Shown here piece after piece: positions 37,609-52,536 of a stretch of DNA of 64,000 bases. How positions within the stretch are numbered: position 1 is the first letter of the stretch; the number at the start of each line of letters is the position of its first letter. The notes beneath the pieces were generated by a model. That model made no database searches and was not told where the DNA came from. It saw only the letters and a program-made list of their open reading frames with translations. The position numbers were made by a program, and so were the translations under genes. The stretch covers positions 100,998,001 through 101,062,000 of the forward strand of contig OX597822.1 in NCBI GenBank assembly GCA_951406725.2. The letters are read 5' to 3'. The DNA is from Octopus vulgaris (lineage: Eukaryota).

Positions 37609-37727
37609 TTTTTGCTAGAATAACAGGTTTCGTTGAATTTTCTGCTGCTTTAAATAAACCATATTACTCTACCACTGGTATTTGAGTACTCTTTTTCCAC
37701 CTTGTTTCACATTTATGTGTTTACTCC

Positions 37728-37810
<83 letters not shown>

Positions 37811-39067
37811 ATATAATATAAATAATATATAAATATATGCATATATACATACATATATGTACATACCTACATCTATATGTATATATACATGTATATATGG
37901 GTACAGGATATCAAAAAACGTTGAACACAATGAGAAACGAAAACATAGAAACGAACTCTTTTTCAAACAACGATAGAAACAGAGTACAAGACGATACAAC
38001 ACAAGGAATATTCCCCTTCTTCAGTTGTCCCTGTTTCATCTACTCACGTGAACACATTTTCTTGTTGCAGTTTTTACAGCTTTCTTTCTTTGTCTATCGA
38101 TCTCCTGACAGAAAGCCCTCAAGTGCTTCTTCTTGAGGCATGTCTAGAGTCGAAGCTTTCTCCTCATCACTAGTCTCTTGGATGATCTTTCTGAATCCAC
38201 AATAGATATGACTCTATAATATTCGGAGATGATTAGGACATTGTGACATTACCCGACTACATGGCGTTCCGTGTCACCTTGGAATTTACCATCTGCCAGC
38301 ATTGCTCCACAAAACTGTAGGTAAATTAAAGGCCAAAACCGTCAACATTCTCTACCCTAACCGTTTTGTTCCGCCCTCCAAATATTGTATTGCAGCACGA
38401 GCTTCTGGGAACGTACGTGACGCCCACTTCAGCCTGCCTTGTGACGTGTTCTTAGTTTTGAATAAGGTTGTGAATGGCCTGTTCCTTAGTCTCTGCATCT
38501 GCCGATGGATGAATGTTATTGTTCTACACATCAGGCCAGGGCTACCTTTAGTCGTTTCGTTGGCATAAAGAAGCCCCCTTTCTTTTATGGACAGCCACTC
38601 TTCCAAACATTAGCTCCTCGATATATTCTAGGGACAATTACGTATTATTATTCTTCGTAAAAACCCTTTGCGCTCTCATATCTCTTAAATCGCTCTCTTC
38701 AGCTAGCAATGCTAAAAAAGCTAATATTATTGCTATTAGCTCTATAAATAATATTCTTTTATAAAAGTTTAAATGTTTAATGTGTCTGCTTGCGGTATTT
38801 GTTAATTGTTCGTTATTTTTTTCTGTTTATCTTTAATAAATTCCGTATTAGTATTTTCGACAAGTTTTCTTTCCTTGGGGGATGCACACATTACAACCAG
38901 CTTTATTGTTAAAACTTCTTACCTCTATACCAGACGAAGAAACCATATTGTTTCGTGAGTAAAGGAAAACTGACAAAAAGCAAAATATATTTTAAACATA
39001 TCCAAAAGCAATACTTCATTTTTTCTAACTCAAGGAAAACGAGATGGACACTAAAAAGTTCCATAGC

Positions 39068-39118
<51 letters not shown>

Positions 39119-39198
39119 GTAACAACAGCAATAACAATAACAATAATAATAATAATTATAATAATAATAATATCAATAATAATAATAATAATAATATC

Positions 39199-39230
<32 letters not shown>

Positions 39231-39336
39231 TAATAATAATAATAATAATAGTAACAACAACAATAACAATAACAATAATAATAATAATTATAATAATAAT
39301 AATATCAATAATAATAATAATAATAATAATAATATC

Positions 39337-39368
<32 letters not shown>

Positions 39369-39459
39369 TAATAATAATAATAATAATAGTAACAACAACA
39401 ATAACAACAACAATAACAATAACAATAATAATTATAACAACAACAACAACAACAACAAC

Positions 39460-39512
<53 letters not shown>

Positions 39513-39585
39513 TAATAATAATAATAATAATAGTAACAACAACAATAACAACAACAATAACAATAACAATAATAATAATAATAAC

Positions 39586-39635
<50 letters not shown>

Positions 39636-39655
39636 TAATAATAATAATAATAATG

Positions 39656-39686
<31 letters not shown>

Positions 39687-39697
39687 CAATAATAATT
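39068..39697. repeat. (AAT)n array with a higher-order ~130-150 bp period
   Basis: Marker AGTAACAAC at ~39118, 39250, 39388 and 39532, with recurring ATC/ATG/ATT variant triplets. Confidence 0.9.
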
Positions 39698-39789
39698 GGG
39701 AATTTTTTATGAAGTAAAACGTGGTCATATTCAAATTCTTTTGTTAATTCTGTTACAGATGTCTGCTCAGGGCAAAAGAAATCAGTAAC

Positions 39790-40002
39790 AATAATAATGA
39801 TGATGATGATGATTATGATAATAATAACAAGAACAATAAGAACAAGAACATCAGGAACAACAGCAACAATAATGATGTTGATGATGAGGATGATGATAGC
39901 GACGACGACAACGATGACGACAAAGATGACGAGGATGACGATGACGATGATGACGATGACGATGATGACGATGACGATGATGACGATGACGATGATGATG
40001 AT
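39790..40002. repeat. (GAT/GAC/AAC)n compound trinucleotide repeat
   Basis: Seen directly in the sequence. Confidence 0.9.
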
Positions 40003-43000
40003 AAAAATCCTTTATTTAGTCATAAAGCACAAAAATATTCAAGTTCATTCATAAATTGAATATGGCACGTTAAAAAAAGGAAGTTTGCAAAGACGTGTAG
40101 GGATAACAAAACAAAATTATATAAAAACTGTACGGGTTTGGGTGGATCATGGACGTTATAGAAAGAAGAAATGTTGTCTAAAAATAAGGACGTGCAATAA
40201 AGAAAATAATAAACACATACAATATCGAGAGGAACGTTCACTTAAATGTGAATGTTCCATTAGAACAAATTTTACTGCGGTAGTTTGCCATGTGAGAAAC
40301 TCTCACATTGACATTTTGGTGTAAAATGCATTCTTGTATATATCGCCAGCGGGGAGCCAAATCTCCCAATTTTCACCAGATGAATCGTTGCTGCGTCTAG
40401 GGGTCGGGTGTCCGTCATTGACAAGATCAAACAAGGTCGAAATCACGTGGTCTGGTGGTCTCGGCGCTGATGTAGCGGCGATTTGTCTCCCCTCTAGCGA
40501 TATAAACAAAGGTTCATTTTCCACCAAAGAGGCCAATGTGAGATTCTCTTTCATGGCAAGTTTGTTCCAATAGAACATTCAGGTTTGAGTGGGGATAAAC
40601 ATCGTTTAGGGCTAACCCACACATAAATGAAAATCAACAGGTTAGGTCAGTGTTTTGGCATCTACGTGTCTGTCTGTAGGCCATGATTCACGTTGGGATA
40701 TGATGCACCTAAAAGTGTTCCCTTTACCCTTCTCTAAGTTGAACGAAACCAACAAAAATGTTATCTAATCTTCCAGATGCTCTTGCTGCTTGAGATAATA
40801 TTCTGCTATTATTTCTGAAAAAACAAAGACACAGTTACTGGCGTGTTACCTGTATCCCGAACCTATTCGAATATCTGTAACTATTGCACCAAAACCATAA
40901 CCTTTGCAACATATATGTAAATATTTGTTTACGCTGTACATATTTGTCTTTCGAACGACTCTAAGATTCATAGAGTCACTTTGTCATCCTAAAGTTTCGT
41001 TTTACTTTATCTTAAATCCCTCTGCTTAGTTTTCCGCATCACGCTTTTTTGAGGATTTTCTACTCTCCTCCGGCTACCGCTACGTCCCTGTCATGTCAAG
41101 ACGATGAGAAAGAACTTTTAGTTTGTTGGAGAGGGAAGGCCATATTCCATCTGCTTGGACCGCGAATGAGATAGATTCTTCTGCCCTTTGTAAATATGAA
41201 ATTAGTGCAGTTTGCTACCATCGACCACAGTCCTTCCTCTACTTCTCACAGTTACCGCTGGAGATGGTCAGCGAAAGGGGTGTTTCGGTCTCCTGGTCAG
41301 CTACTGGCATTGAAGGTAGGTTGAACTTCATTAATTACCGAAACTGTGACAGATTTATATTATATCACTATGAATTTTAGTTTCTCTACCCCAACAAATA
41401 TATACTTTTGTACATTTTTGAACATTAACGTAGTGATTCTCCCGAAACGGCAGAGTTGTCTGCCGTTTTTGCAAAAATAATTGGAACAACATTACACAAA
41501 GACTAATATTGCTCCCCACTTTACCGCACAATAATTACTTGTTAGAAACTTCATGTTACCCGCATCACTAATTTTGATAACGCTAACTTAACTATTGCTT
41601 TTCGTGCAAATTCGGTCTCTCAGTAATTTATTCTCTATACAACTCCAGTTTTTCACGTCAGTTAGTATACATTCTTACTAATTCTCTCATTTCTATTCTG
41701 GCAAATACAAGGGAATCTAACCTCAGATTTGTGACTCGTAATTGCCAAAATAATTAAAAGTATTTTTTTCTTTCAGTCGTAACTGCTTCTCGTTAACTTT
41801 CTCATGTTCATAAAATATATTAAACCTCAGCTACATATAATGGCTACAGATCGGTGCATATTTATGTGAGTATATGACATATTACTGTAAATTTATAATT
41901 TAATGTCAATATCAAGAGATTGTCAAATCTTAAACTCAAAATAAAATACAACAAATGTTATAGCACAATAAATTTCTTCCATTTATGCATTTATCCTCAG
42001 ATGACTTGAAATGTAGGAATTTCGAGAAATTTAGCTTTACCAGCAATGTCATTTTACAAACGGCTGACAATAAATAAGTAAAAGCCAACGCTCTCTACAG
42101 ACTGGTTAAGTATAAATGTCTGCATCAATGTTTTTAATGAAGCAGACGACATTAAGACGAAAGTCTTTTACGTAATCATACATCGTTTAATTCAGTCAAA
42201 ATCTACTAGAACAATAATTAGAATACAAAGAAATAATTCATTACAGTTCATAAAAAAGTACGTTAACTTCAAAATATCTCTTGCAATAGTTTTCTAGAGA
42301 CTGACAATCAATCTACATTTAATAACAGCTTTCAATATTTGATAATGATAATGATAAAATATTTTGTAATAATTTTTCACTTATAATTCCTAAATGGAAT
42401 GACTCTAAGTAACTTCAAATCAATATAATTCACTTAGCTTCCTGCAGAATTACTAACAATAGTCTTTCTTCAGGGCCTTGTATTCATTTATATTTTGAAG
42501 GATGCGTTCTAAATGAAACTTCCAATAATGTATTTCTCTTTCTCTTAAAGTGTTCAAAATATCAGTAACTATCTAACATCAAAAGTGAAGACGTTAACGT
42601 TTCGGGTTGTTAGTCTTTGACGGAGAGTGTTGGAGAAAGATAAGGTGTTATTGATTTAATTATTAGCTGAAATAGCTTAAAAGCTTATGGTCAAAGCAAC
42701 AACTCCGAAAACAAGTACAAATCGGCTGCAGAAAATATGCATCATACGATAATAACGTATTATGTGTATTTCCATTGTTCTCACAAAAACGTTAAATTCC
42801 AATTTGTGACTTTTCACGTAAATCATTTTAATTACAATTTTTTACCGACTGCATTTTGTACATTTCGTATGTTGTTATTTTATATTCTACCCTAATGCTT
42901 ATTCTACCCTAACCAAGAAATGTCCGTCTTTCTTTTAGTTGGGTGTATTATATTGTACACATTTTGATTTCAAAACAATCATGGCTTTGTTTAAAGTTAA

Positions 43001-45714
43001 TGTATATAAATAAAGTAACACGAGAGAGGTGTTTTTTGAATGAGCTGCAATCTAAATATTTCATTTATCACCCATTAATTAAGGCATTTGATTAAGAAAA
43101 GATCAATAACGCAATTAACATACCATAAATGAATAACTATTGATTTATTTGCTCTGGCTATCTGTTACATGCGTAAGTATTTCCTTTTTATTTTCTTTAT
43201 TTTCTAATTAAAATTAAAGATTAAAACGAATTTATAAACCGCAGTTGAATACTTTACATTCTTTTCTCTCTGATGAATGACAAGCGACCAAAAATGCTAA
43301 AATTGTTAATTGTTAATCCTCGTATCAAGTGGAATTATCGAACTCCGCTATTAGATTTTTCATGTGATTAATTGTTGCCAATCGCAGACCACTGGGTTTG
43401 GTATCTCAGTATGTTCTAACAACAGTTCTCTTTGCGAATATGTTCAGCAATATTGATTTATGATCAATTCTTAACTCTGCGGCGGTTCATTTAATTTTTG
43501 AAATGATAATTTCGTTAAATAGTAGCAACAGAAATGTACTCATCATCAACAGCAGAACATCTTATTTCACAGGTTATAATAATCATCTTGGCAGTTTTAA
43601 AGTGGAATCAGTTATCTCTGCTGTAAATGTCAGTCTTGCACTCTAATCTTGAATTTAAATTTGAAAATGAAGAGAAAAATATTTACATATTTATGAGGTG
43701 TGTTATAGAAAAAAAAAACTAAATAAAAAAAGCAAAAACAAATTAATCAATAATCATATAATTATTCATTTTAAGGCATATTAATTGCATGCTTTTTTTT
43801 TCTGAATCGAATGCATTAATTAATAAGTAATAAACAAAATTGACTTTAAAAAAGTGCTCCTCGAAGTAAAAACCCATGTTAGGATTTGACCGCTGTCAAC
43901 AAAACACTTCCCTCGTGTTATATTATTTATATAATTTAAATTTAAGCAAAGTCGTGATTGATTTCAAGTCAAAATATATATCATTTAATGAAGTTAATAG
44001 AAGGGAAGAAGGAAGCTGTTGATTAGGGTAGAATGATCGTTGCTGAATATAAAATAGTATAAATCGAACAAATGTAGACGATAACAAAATGTAACCAAAT
44101 TTTTTTTATGTGAAAGGTAATAAATTAGGTGTGTAACCTTATCTTAAGAACAGTGCAGTACATATAACTGATTTATATTTCATCTATACGTTTGTATATT
44201 GGTGTATTATACTGTATATTGTGTATTTGTATATTGGTGTATTCATCTATACGTTTGTATATTGTATATTGGTATATTGTATATTGGCAAATAAAGCAGT
44301 GAATGGGCAAAGTCATTGGAGTGTTGGACAACGTTTAGCGGTATTTGTTCTGACTCTCTTAGCTCGAATCCTGCCGAGATCAACTTTAGCCTTCATTCTT
44401 TTGGGGTCGATGACTAAATAGTAAAGGCGATGGATTAGCGGGACTGTAAGAATGTCGGACCGGATAGTTTGCAGTATTTGTTCCTGATTTTTAGTTCAAA
44501 TTTCGCCATGGCCTGTTTGGTGGACTTAACCCGCATTGGTGGACTTAACCCGCATTGGTGGTTTAATGCCATCAGTTGATACCTTAGTATATTTAGTGTA
44601 ACCCATTTTGTTGCAAGGGTATTTTTCCCTCCTTCCCACCAGTCTCTACTCCTCTGGAATGAGGAGTGAGCACTGCCTTACCTCCGGTCTTGAAAGATAC
44701 CCCGTACTTGTGGATAACTCAAGTACATTGCTTTCCTTATCCAACATTGTTGGTTGTTAACTAAATGGATATTTAATAGTAAAGTACGATGCGTATGAGA
44801 CTGAATGTTAGGTTTTATTTTTTCGTCTACGTTGAGGGTAGTGATAATTTCAAATAATGCCAACGAGTTTCTAAATTTAATTTCTTTCGATATCAAAACA
44901 TTTTCAACAGAAACTATTCTTGATGTTAAAATTTTACAAGCTCAACCATTTCAACTCGAACAGTCTTCTCAGCGATAGTAATCTAATAGTCTAAGTGTTA
45001 TACTTCCTGAAATTACATTAATCTAAATAATTGGCATCTCAATGATAATTGATCTTGGAAGTCTTAGTTTAATGTGCTAAGTAAGAAGTAGTTAAAAACT
45101 AACACTACGTCAATAATTTATATTAGTTTAACGGAGAATCTTTTCAAAACTTTTTTTTTATCAAAATACTAATTCATTGATTCATTTAGGTTCGCATTTA
45201 TGTCAGCCGTTGTTTGTTTCCCATGTGCCTACTTCTATGGATTATCACTGGCAAACTACCGAATTTAGCGATTGCATCACCTGGTGGCCTTAATAGGTAG
45301 CTGAAAGACTGCTCCCCTTGTCAGGTTATCCACCATCTAGCAGTAGGTTACCTGTGTATCTTAAAAAGAAATTTCTCCTCGAGGTGCAGACCTCGGCAAG
45401 GTATTTTTTTACTGAAGATCAAGAGTTGTTTATGGATGCATTTCTCCTTTTCCATGTCATGGATGTTGTCCAAAAGCCGTTACAGTTTAACACTAGTGTC
45501 GTCAGACTTAATGACGTTAAACTACGAGAAAGCGGAATGATTACCACGCAGCAACTCCTGCGATTCTCTAATGTACCCCGTAATCCATTACACTGGTCAA
45601 TTACTGTATTTATTAATCTCGAAAGTATAAAAGGTGAAGTTGAAGACTTAGCGAATGGTATTCTATTTGAGTCTCTAAAGATTCTGACAACTAACACAAT
45701 CTAATTCATAAATA

Positions 45715-46142
45715 TTGGTTTCAAATTTAGGCACAAGGCCATCAATTTCGAGGTGGGGCTAGTCAATTATATTGATCCCAGTACTCAACTGGTATTTATT
45801 TTATCAACCCAGAAAAATGAAAAGCAAAGTCGACACAGGTAGCATTTGAACACACTACGTAAAGTCCGAAGAAATGCTGCTAAGCATTTTGTCCGGCGTG
45901 GTAACGATTATGCCAGCTCACCGCCTTATCTACTTCATAGATACTGGTTTCAAATTCTGACACAAAGCCAGTTATTTTAGGGGAGGGGTAAGCCGATTAC
46001 ATAGACCCCCAACTGATACTTATTTTATCGACTCCAAAAGGACGATAGGCAAGGTCGACTACGGCAGAATTTGAACGAAAAGACGGGACGAAATGCCGCA
46101 AAGCATTTTGCTCGGCACGCAATCAGTTCTGCCAGCGCCGCC
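45715..46142 (-). mobile_element. two tandem diverged SINE-B subfamily copies
   Basis: TGGTTTCAAATT..G.CACAA.GCCA...GTCGAC...GCCAGC..CGCC present twice. Confidence 0.75.
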
Positions 46143-46489
46143 TAATCTATTTCATAAATATATATAATTAATTTTAAATGTCATGAGTACTGTATATTGC
46201 TTCTTGACATATATGAATTATAAAGTTAATTATAATCTAGCTGAACAATCTGCACAAATGATTTGTTTATAGTGAAAATCTGTTTGTATATGATCTCACT
46301 CCCTCCCCCAAATCGACATTGCCTGTATAGTTGCACGGTGCGCTACACGTCAGGTATCGAAGTGATCGCAGTAAAACGAAGTGTTTTGCTCAAGAACACT
46401 ACGCACCTCCCGGTCTAGGAATCGAAACCAAGATCTTGCGATCGTGAGTTCAACATTCTAACCACCAAGTCACGTGTCTTCAGTTATAT

Positions 46490-46905
46490 ATTTCTTTACT
46501 ACCCACAAGGGGCTAAACATAGAGGAGACTAACAAGGACAAACAAAGGGATTAAGGCGATTATATCGACCCCCAGCGCGAAACTGGCACTTTATTTATCG
46601 ACCCCGAAAGGATGAAAGGCAAAGTCGGCCTCGGCGGAATCTGAACTCAGAACGTAGCGGCAGACGAAATACCTATTTCTTTACAGCCCACAAAGGGCTA
46701 CACACAGAGGTGACAAACAAGGACAGACAAACGGATTAGGTCGATTACATCGACCCCAGTGCGAAACTGGTACTTTATTTATCGACCCCGAAAGGATGAA
46801 AGGCAAAGTCGACCTCGGCGGAATTTGAACTCAGAACGTAACGGCAGACGAAATACCGCTAAGCATTTCGCCCGGCGCGCTAACATTTCTGCCAGCTCGC
46901 CGCCT
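46490..46905 (-). mobile_element. SINE family B head-to-tail dimer
   Basis: Two units joined at GACGAAATAC|CTATTTCTTTAC (~46670); a single head GCCAGCTCGCCGCCTT at ~46891-46906. Confidence 0.9.
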
Positions 46906-47118
46906 TAATGTGTCTTCAGTTATAAAGTAAAATACAGAATTGAAGGAAACTGTTCAGGTTTTTCTTTAGTAGCAACAAATCCAAGAGGAAATGTGGCTAT
47001 TAGATACATGAGTAAATATTTTTACTAATTTTAATTTTTCTTCATAGTAATAATGTTAAACTAGGAATCCGGTACAGTATTTAAATTTCGAATCTTATTG
47101 CGAAGTACACGAATGATT

Positions 47119-47990
47119 ATACTGGCCAAAAAGTCTGTTCGTTTTTCTTTTCTAGTGAAAATAAGACACAAATTTTATGTACAAAGCGGCGTGTTCAATC
47201 AATGATATCATTACCGTTTCGTTTCAGTATCTTCTGTCATCTCGTGAGCAGGTCCATTATTCCTTGCTCGAAGAACTTCCTGTCTTTGCCGGTGAAAAAC
47301 TCTTCGAGGTAAATTTTTTACATTCGCTTCAGATTTGAAGGTCTGTCCATTCAATGAATTTTGAAGAGACCGAAACAGGAGGAAATCTCAAGAACGGGTG
47401 TATATGGACAGTATAGCAAACTTCTCAGCCAAACCCCAGTAACTTCTGTTGCGTCTGCAAAGGAGTGTGCAGTCTGGCATTGAGATGAAGGACAATGTCC
47501 TTACGATTAGCAAGTGCTGGACGCTTCTGGGGGATCTCTGGGCTCAGCTGATCACAATACGTATCCGAATTGATGGTCCTACCCGTGGGAAGAAGCTCGT
47601 AAAAGACAAAATCCTTCCATCCCACCCAATTAAAGCATAATCTTCTTGGCGTCAAGGCCTGCTTTGGAGGTTGTTTGTGGTGGTTGCCCCACTTTCCCCA
47701 TGATCATTTGCGTTTCACAATCCATTCCTTATCGGAATCTTGAAAACCATTTCTGGTATTCATGTTCCCTTACAGCGACCTCTCCATACACAATGTATAT
47801 CTTCCTGCAACTTTCTGCCGCTTTCGTGCGTGTTTTGGTTATTTACTTTCAGGGTTATCTCAAGTACACAAAATACAATCTCTCTCGCCGCAGGTTCGCG
47901 TCGAACTACGATGAAGTCCCAGGTAGCTAACGAATGCTTAGGCACAAGGGACAAACTGAAGTTAGCTACTTATTAGAATGGTTGAACAAA
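47119..47990 (-). mobile_element. mariner element remnant
   Basis: YELLPTGRTINSDTYCDQL...KRPALANRKDIVLHLNARLHT (HDNARPH-like). Confidence 0.82.
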
Positions 47991-48520
47991 ATGTTACTCT
48001 ATGAACAATTGACATTATTATAATGCATGAGAAACTGACTACACATGAAAAATAAATTGAATTTATATCAAAGCCCAAGACAATATAGAAAATATGTACT
48101 GTGAGATATAACACTGTAGATTTCCACAACATCGTAAAGAACTTAAAATGTTATTTTTAAAGTGAAATAAAATGGAAAGTATATATAGCCTTACAACCTG
48201 TGAAAGCCGGCAGGGAAAAGTAACACGTAAACAAAAATTGCCTCGTATACTAGAAGGAAACTCGATTTGTTGCAGATCGTTAAAATAGAGAATCGAAAAA
48301 CTAACAAATAAATAAATAAATAAATAAATAAATAAAAGGAAGGGGTATATTTTTTTTAACGAAACGAAACAAAACCAATTTTCAAAGAAAATAAATGCAA
48401 CTCAGAGCCGAAAGAATTCCTTTCTTTGTAAGAAATAAATTCTATCGAAGTAAACAATAAATCAAATGAACCCATAAGAAACGATTCATCAAGAACATTT
48501 TGGTAATGTAAAGAAACAGT

Positions 48521-48596
<76 letters not shown>

Positions 48597-50849
48597 AGAA
48601 TGCATTTGTTGATGAGAATTTGGGGATGTTTATTTTAAAACGGAAGTAGAAGAAAAAGAACTGTTTTAGCTGCGGGACTATCACGAAGACGCCATGTGGG
48701 AATCTACAATGCAATAATACTAGACATGGGATGAAAGGCAAAGTCAGCTGTGGCGGTACACGAACTTACAAAGGAGAGAGAAGCAACTAAATACTGTAAA
48801 GCATTTGGTCGCCACTCTGATGCCTCTGTTTTGCCACTCAATTGCTTTTGTCGTAACTGTAACTATGTTTGATGTTTGAAAATGTCTTTGCGTTATAAGA
48901 CATCAACTCGGTTTTACGCTACAATTGAATTTCGCAAAGAGAACAGTAATGAAAGAAGTGATTGGGAAATTGATTTTCTTGCTAAAACACATTCTAAAAG
49001 AACAATCACGTTAAATAAATCTCATCTCAATCAACGGAAATACGTTAGTTAACAATCTTTAAGAAAAGGCGAGAAAAAGAAGTATCTAAAACTTTAGATT
49101 TATTTCTTTCAGCGTAGCTTTAAATAACAATAACAGCATGTGATAATCATCCATTTTCTACCGGTACTTAAAAAGTATTTCCATGCTCAGTGTTGCCGTA
49201 GAATATTTAGTACTCACTTAAGATAATTACAAATACAATATTTCTATGCTTGATCAGTTTACTGTGGAATGAAGTGTTGTCCAGTTCAGATATTTCCTCA
49301 AATCTAATGGCAAAAATTCGATCTGAGTACTTTCAAATTGATTGATTTCTACAGATACATAGACTACAAATACAGCTGTTTAAGATAACGGATTATACGT
49401 CAATTGTGTAGTAACCAAGCTGCTTATAATCATATGCTATATATTCATATCAAGATAGATTGAAGCAGTAAGTGTAAACGTAGTATACACAGTTAAACGA
49501 TATGAATAACATTCCCTTTGAACGATAATTTAGCACGCACTCTTGACTCGGCTAGATCGAGCATCAGAAGATATGTAACTCAAATATGATAGAGAGCTGT
49601 TCTGCAAGAAGGATATGGAGCTTCGGCTATTCAGTCAACGCTCTTTGTAAGTTAACTTTATGTTAAACCCTTTACTTAACGACGATGTTAAACCATGCTT
49701 TTTCATACTGGCTACCGAGAATTAAGTCGTAATAATACGATATCAAAGCTGAACAGTGGTACTACATTAAATACCTATCTCGAAATATTCGTAAATCCGA
49801 ATAGACATATAAAAGACTCGTCAGGTAAAAAGAATATGCAAAAAGTATGTTTATGTCTGTGAGGTTATAAAGTTTACTTCGCATTCACGAGATTCTGGGT
49901 TCGAGCGGAAGGTATCCTGAAACTGAAGACCTATCTCGAATGCTTGCCACAAAGTGGACTTTGCTAAAGCATGGCTGATGGAGCGTTACATCAGGCGATG
50001 GTGTTAAAAAGTACCTAAGGTCTAGATCAGTGGTTCCAAAACTATTAATAAGTCAAATTATAGTCGGACAAGCACCATCTGTCTATATATTCCAAACTCA
50101 TTTCATTCGATTAATAAAGAATTAAAGAATTAAAGAATACTTTCAAATGATATATAAATGACTTAAGTCCCTTTCAGATCTCAGAGCGAAATCGAAAAAT
50201 GAATTCCTGCAGCAGATTGTGTCTACCATATTGCTACATGATACATGATAATGCATGCTGAGTCCCAGTCACTGCAAGAAGTCATTATTTTCTGCTTACT
50301 CATTATCGAATGAAGTGAGCCCATCAGTGTACAAGAGATATAACTCGTATTTAGCTTTTAATATGTGGCTAAAATTAGTTTTGTATTTTGATCATATTTT
50401 GATCATATTTAGATTTATAGATTAATGTTGCTTTTCGTTGCCTTAAGCACCATTTGCAAATGATAAAATGGTGATTGTTCTAAATAGTTTAGTGTTAGTG
50501 ATTAGATTCTCCCCTTAAATTCATAACCGAAACAATTTGGCTTATTGTTCCGCATACCTACACCTAATTAAATAATAATACAAGCATTTAAATAAGAACA
50601 GGTTTCCCTATAATGCAAACCCCCCCAAAAGATCCAGATCAGATCAAGCCAGTTGACTATTACTTTACATTCTTCTCAAACATCGTAGGCCATTTTTCAA
50701 CCGAGATTTCATCTTTTACGTGAAAACTTCAGACCTAAATTTCTTAACTACTATTTGCAATCATTTCATTCGTCCAAGATACACTCTTTACTGAAATTTT
50801 ACTCCAAAATGTTGTGTCTGCGCACAAGCAGACGCCACTCTCGTTGTTT

Positions 50850-52491
50850 CTCGACTTTTCACTCTAAATATTAGCAATACCGACGTATAGTTATACTGGT
50901 TAAAAACGTCTTCCCTTATTCTCCTAAATACATTTCCCTCTGTTGCTCTATAAATTCTTCAAACTACCAGATACCCTTTGACCATTTTTCTACTCTCCGA
51001 AGTTATCTTCCTTAGTGACTTCAATGACCGCAACTCCTAATGACACTGACGCTCATCCCACACCAAATTGCCAGTAGAAGAAACCGAATCATTTGCTACT
51101 CTCAACGCTTTACGCCAACTTGCTTCATCTCCTACTTGCATTCCAGTCCGACACAAATACACCCCCACCTAAACACTTGTGATCTCTTCATCATCTCGAA
51201 ACTTTACCTCTCCAGACTCTGTCTCTACACTCATCGGATCATTCGACCAGATATTTACAGCAGCTTCTCATCTGATTTAACTGTGGCTCATCAGAAACAG
51301 TAAGACAAGTGACAGAAATCATGCTCATAGGCATGTCCTACATGCCACACAAAAATAACTTAATCTCCAGCTGCGCTGTAGTTGCTCGAGTTAAAAACAA
51401 TGCTTTTAGAACTTTGAGAATCTCTCACTCTCCAAAGCTTCGCCCAGCACCGCAAATCTTGTAAAATCACTATTCGGTGAGCAAAGTCTTGTCGTGTATC
51501 ACACGGCCCTCAAACTTTCTGTCTTCCAAACTGCAGACAATCCTTCTGGCTCCATGCCAAAGAGCTCCCCACAAATCCCGGGGAATCCTCTTTTCCGTTT
51601 CTTCTTAGCAACAATGACTCTGTAAGCAGTTCCTTCGTGAAAAAGTATCCATTGTCTACTTTGAATCCATAGCTGCACTCATCATCATCATTGTACGACC
51701 GTGGTCGAGACAATGGAATTTACCATGCTACGCCAGACTTCACGGTCTATCATGGCATTACGGAGGTCCTGTTGCTGGATGCCTATATCCCTGGAGATTA
51801 CATCAGGGTAGGAGAGTGTGCACTACACACCCCTGTATAAGTTCTCCAAATCTACGCTGCTTCTCTTGCCCTTGCTTACACACAGGGAAGGTGCAGAAAT
51901 ATTTTTAGTTGTGTCGAAGCAACAAGGTCATCGGTTCTGACAATATCCCTTCCATTACACTTTAACATAGTGCTCCAGAACTTGCACCTATGCTTACCAA
52001 ACCCTTTAATCTCGCACTTTCTACGGAGATAAACATTGAAATTTGGAAGCAAACTTCATTTTGTCCCAATCTAAAAGAAAAGGCAACATCTCTGAACCAG
52101 CCAACCATTGTTCTATTTCTCTTACCTCTAACATTTCAAAGATAATGACGGCAGCCACTGACAGTGACATTCTCAATCAAACCTTGAACGCATCTCTCTT
52201 TCCAATAACCATTTGTTCGGCTTCCACAGAGCCAGCTCCACTGGCAACCCACTCTCTTATACAACTCATCAGTGAGCTTTCATTTGAGAGAAGTTGGGTG
52301 TGAGTAATGATGTTGCTGTAGACATTAACAAAAGTTTCCATCGTGTCTGGCATGCAAATCTCCTGTGAAAACGTCTTGCATCTTTTAAACCGGCAGCTTC
52401 GTAACCGATCGCACAATCGGGGTATGTTTTAATGGAGCTCTATTTGACATATTCATAAGCGACTCTGGTGTTCCCTAGAGTTTGGTTTTGT

Positions 52492-52536
<45 letters not shown>

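Noticed and set aside
38050-38640. GC-richer block with 84-88 aa ORFs
   Set aside because: No recognisable motif or splice structure in the frames I read; probably old TE debris, left uncalled.
39740-39790. Acceptor-like TTCTGTTACAG followed by ATGTCTGCTCAG
   Set aside because: No good donor follows and it runs straight into microsatellite.
41245-41305. CTGACCA-GG(aga)CC-GAAAC on the minus strand
   Set aside because: G8 is missing without compensation and stem I does not pair in register.
42590-42630. CCCGAAACGTT motif on the minus strand
   Set aside because: The core and stem II are too degenerate to call; at most an old remnant.
45318-45704. 128 aa ORF
   Set aside because: Non-ATG start, no recognisable domain, and its 3' part overlaps a decayed SINE-B-like sequence.
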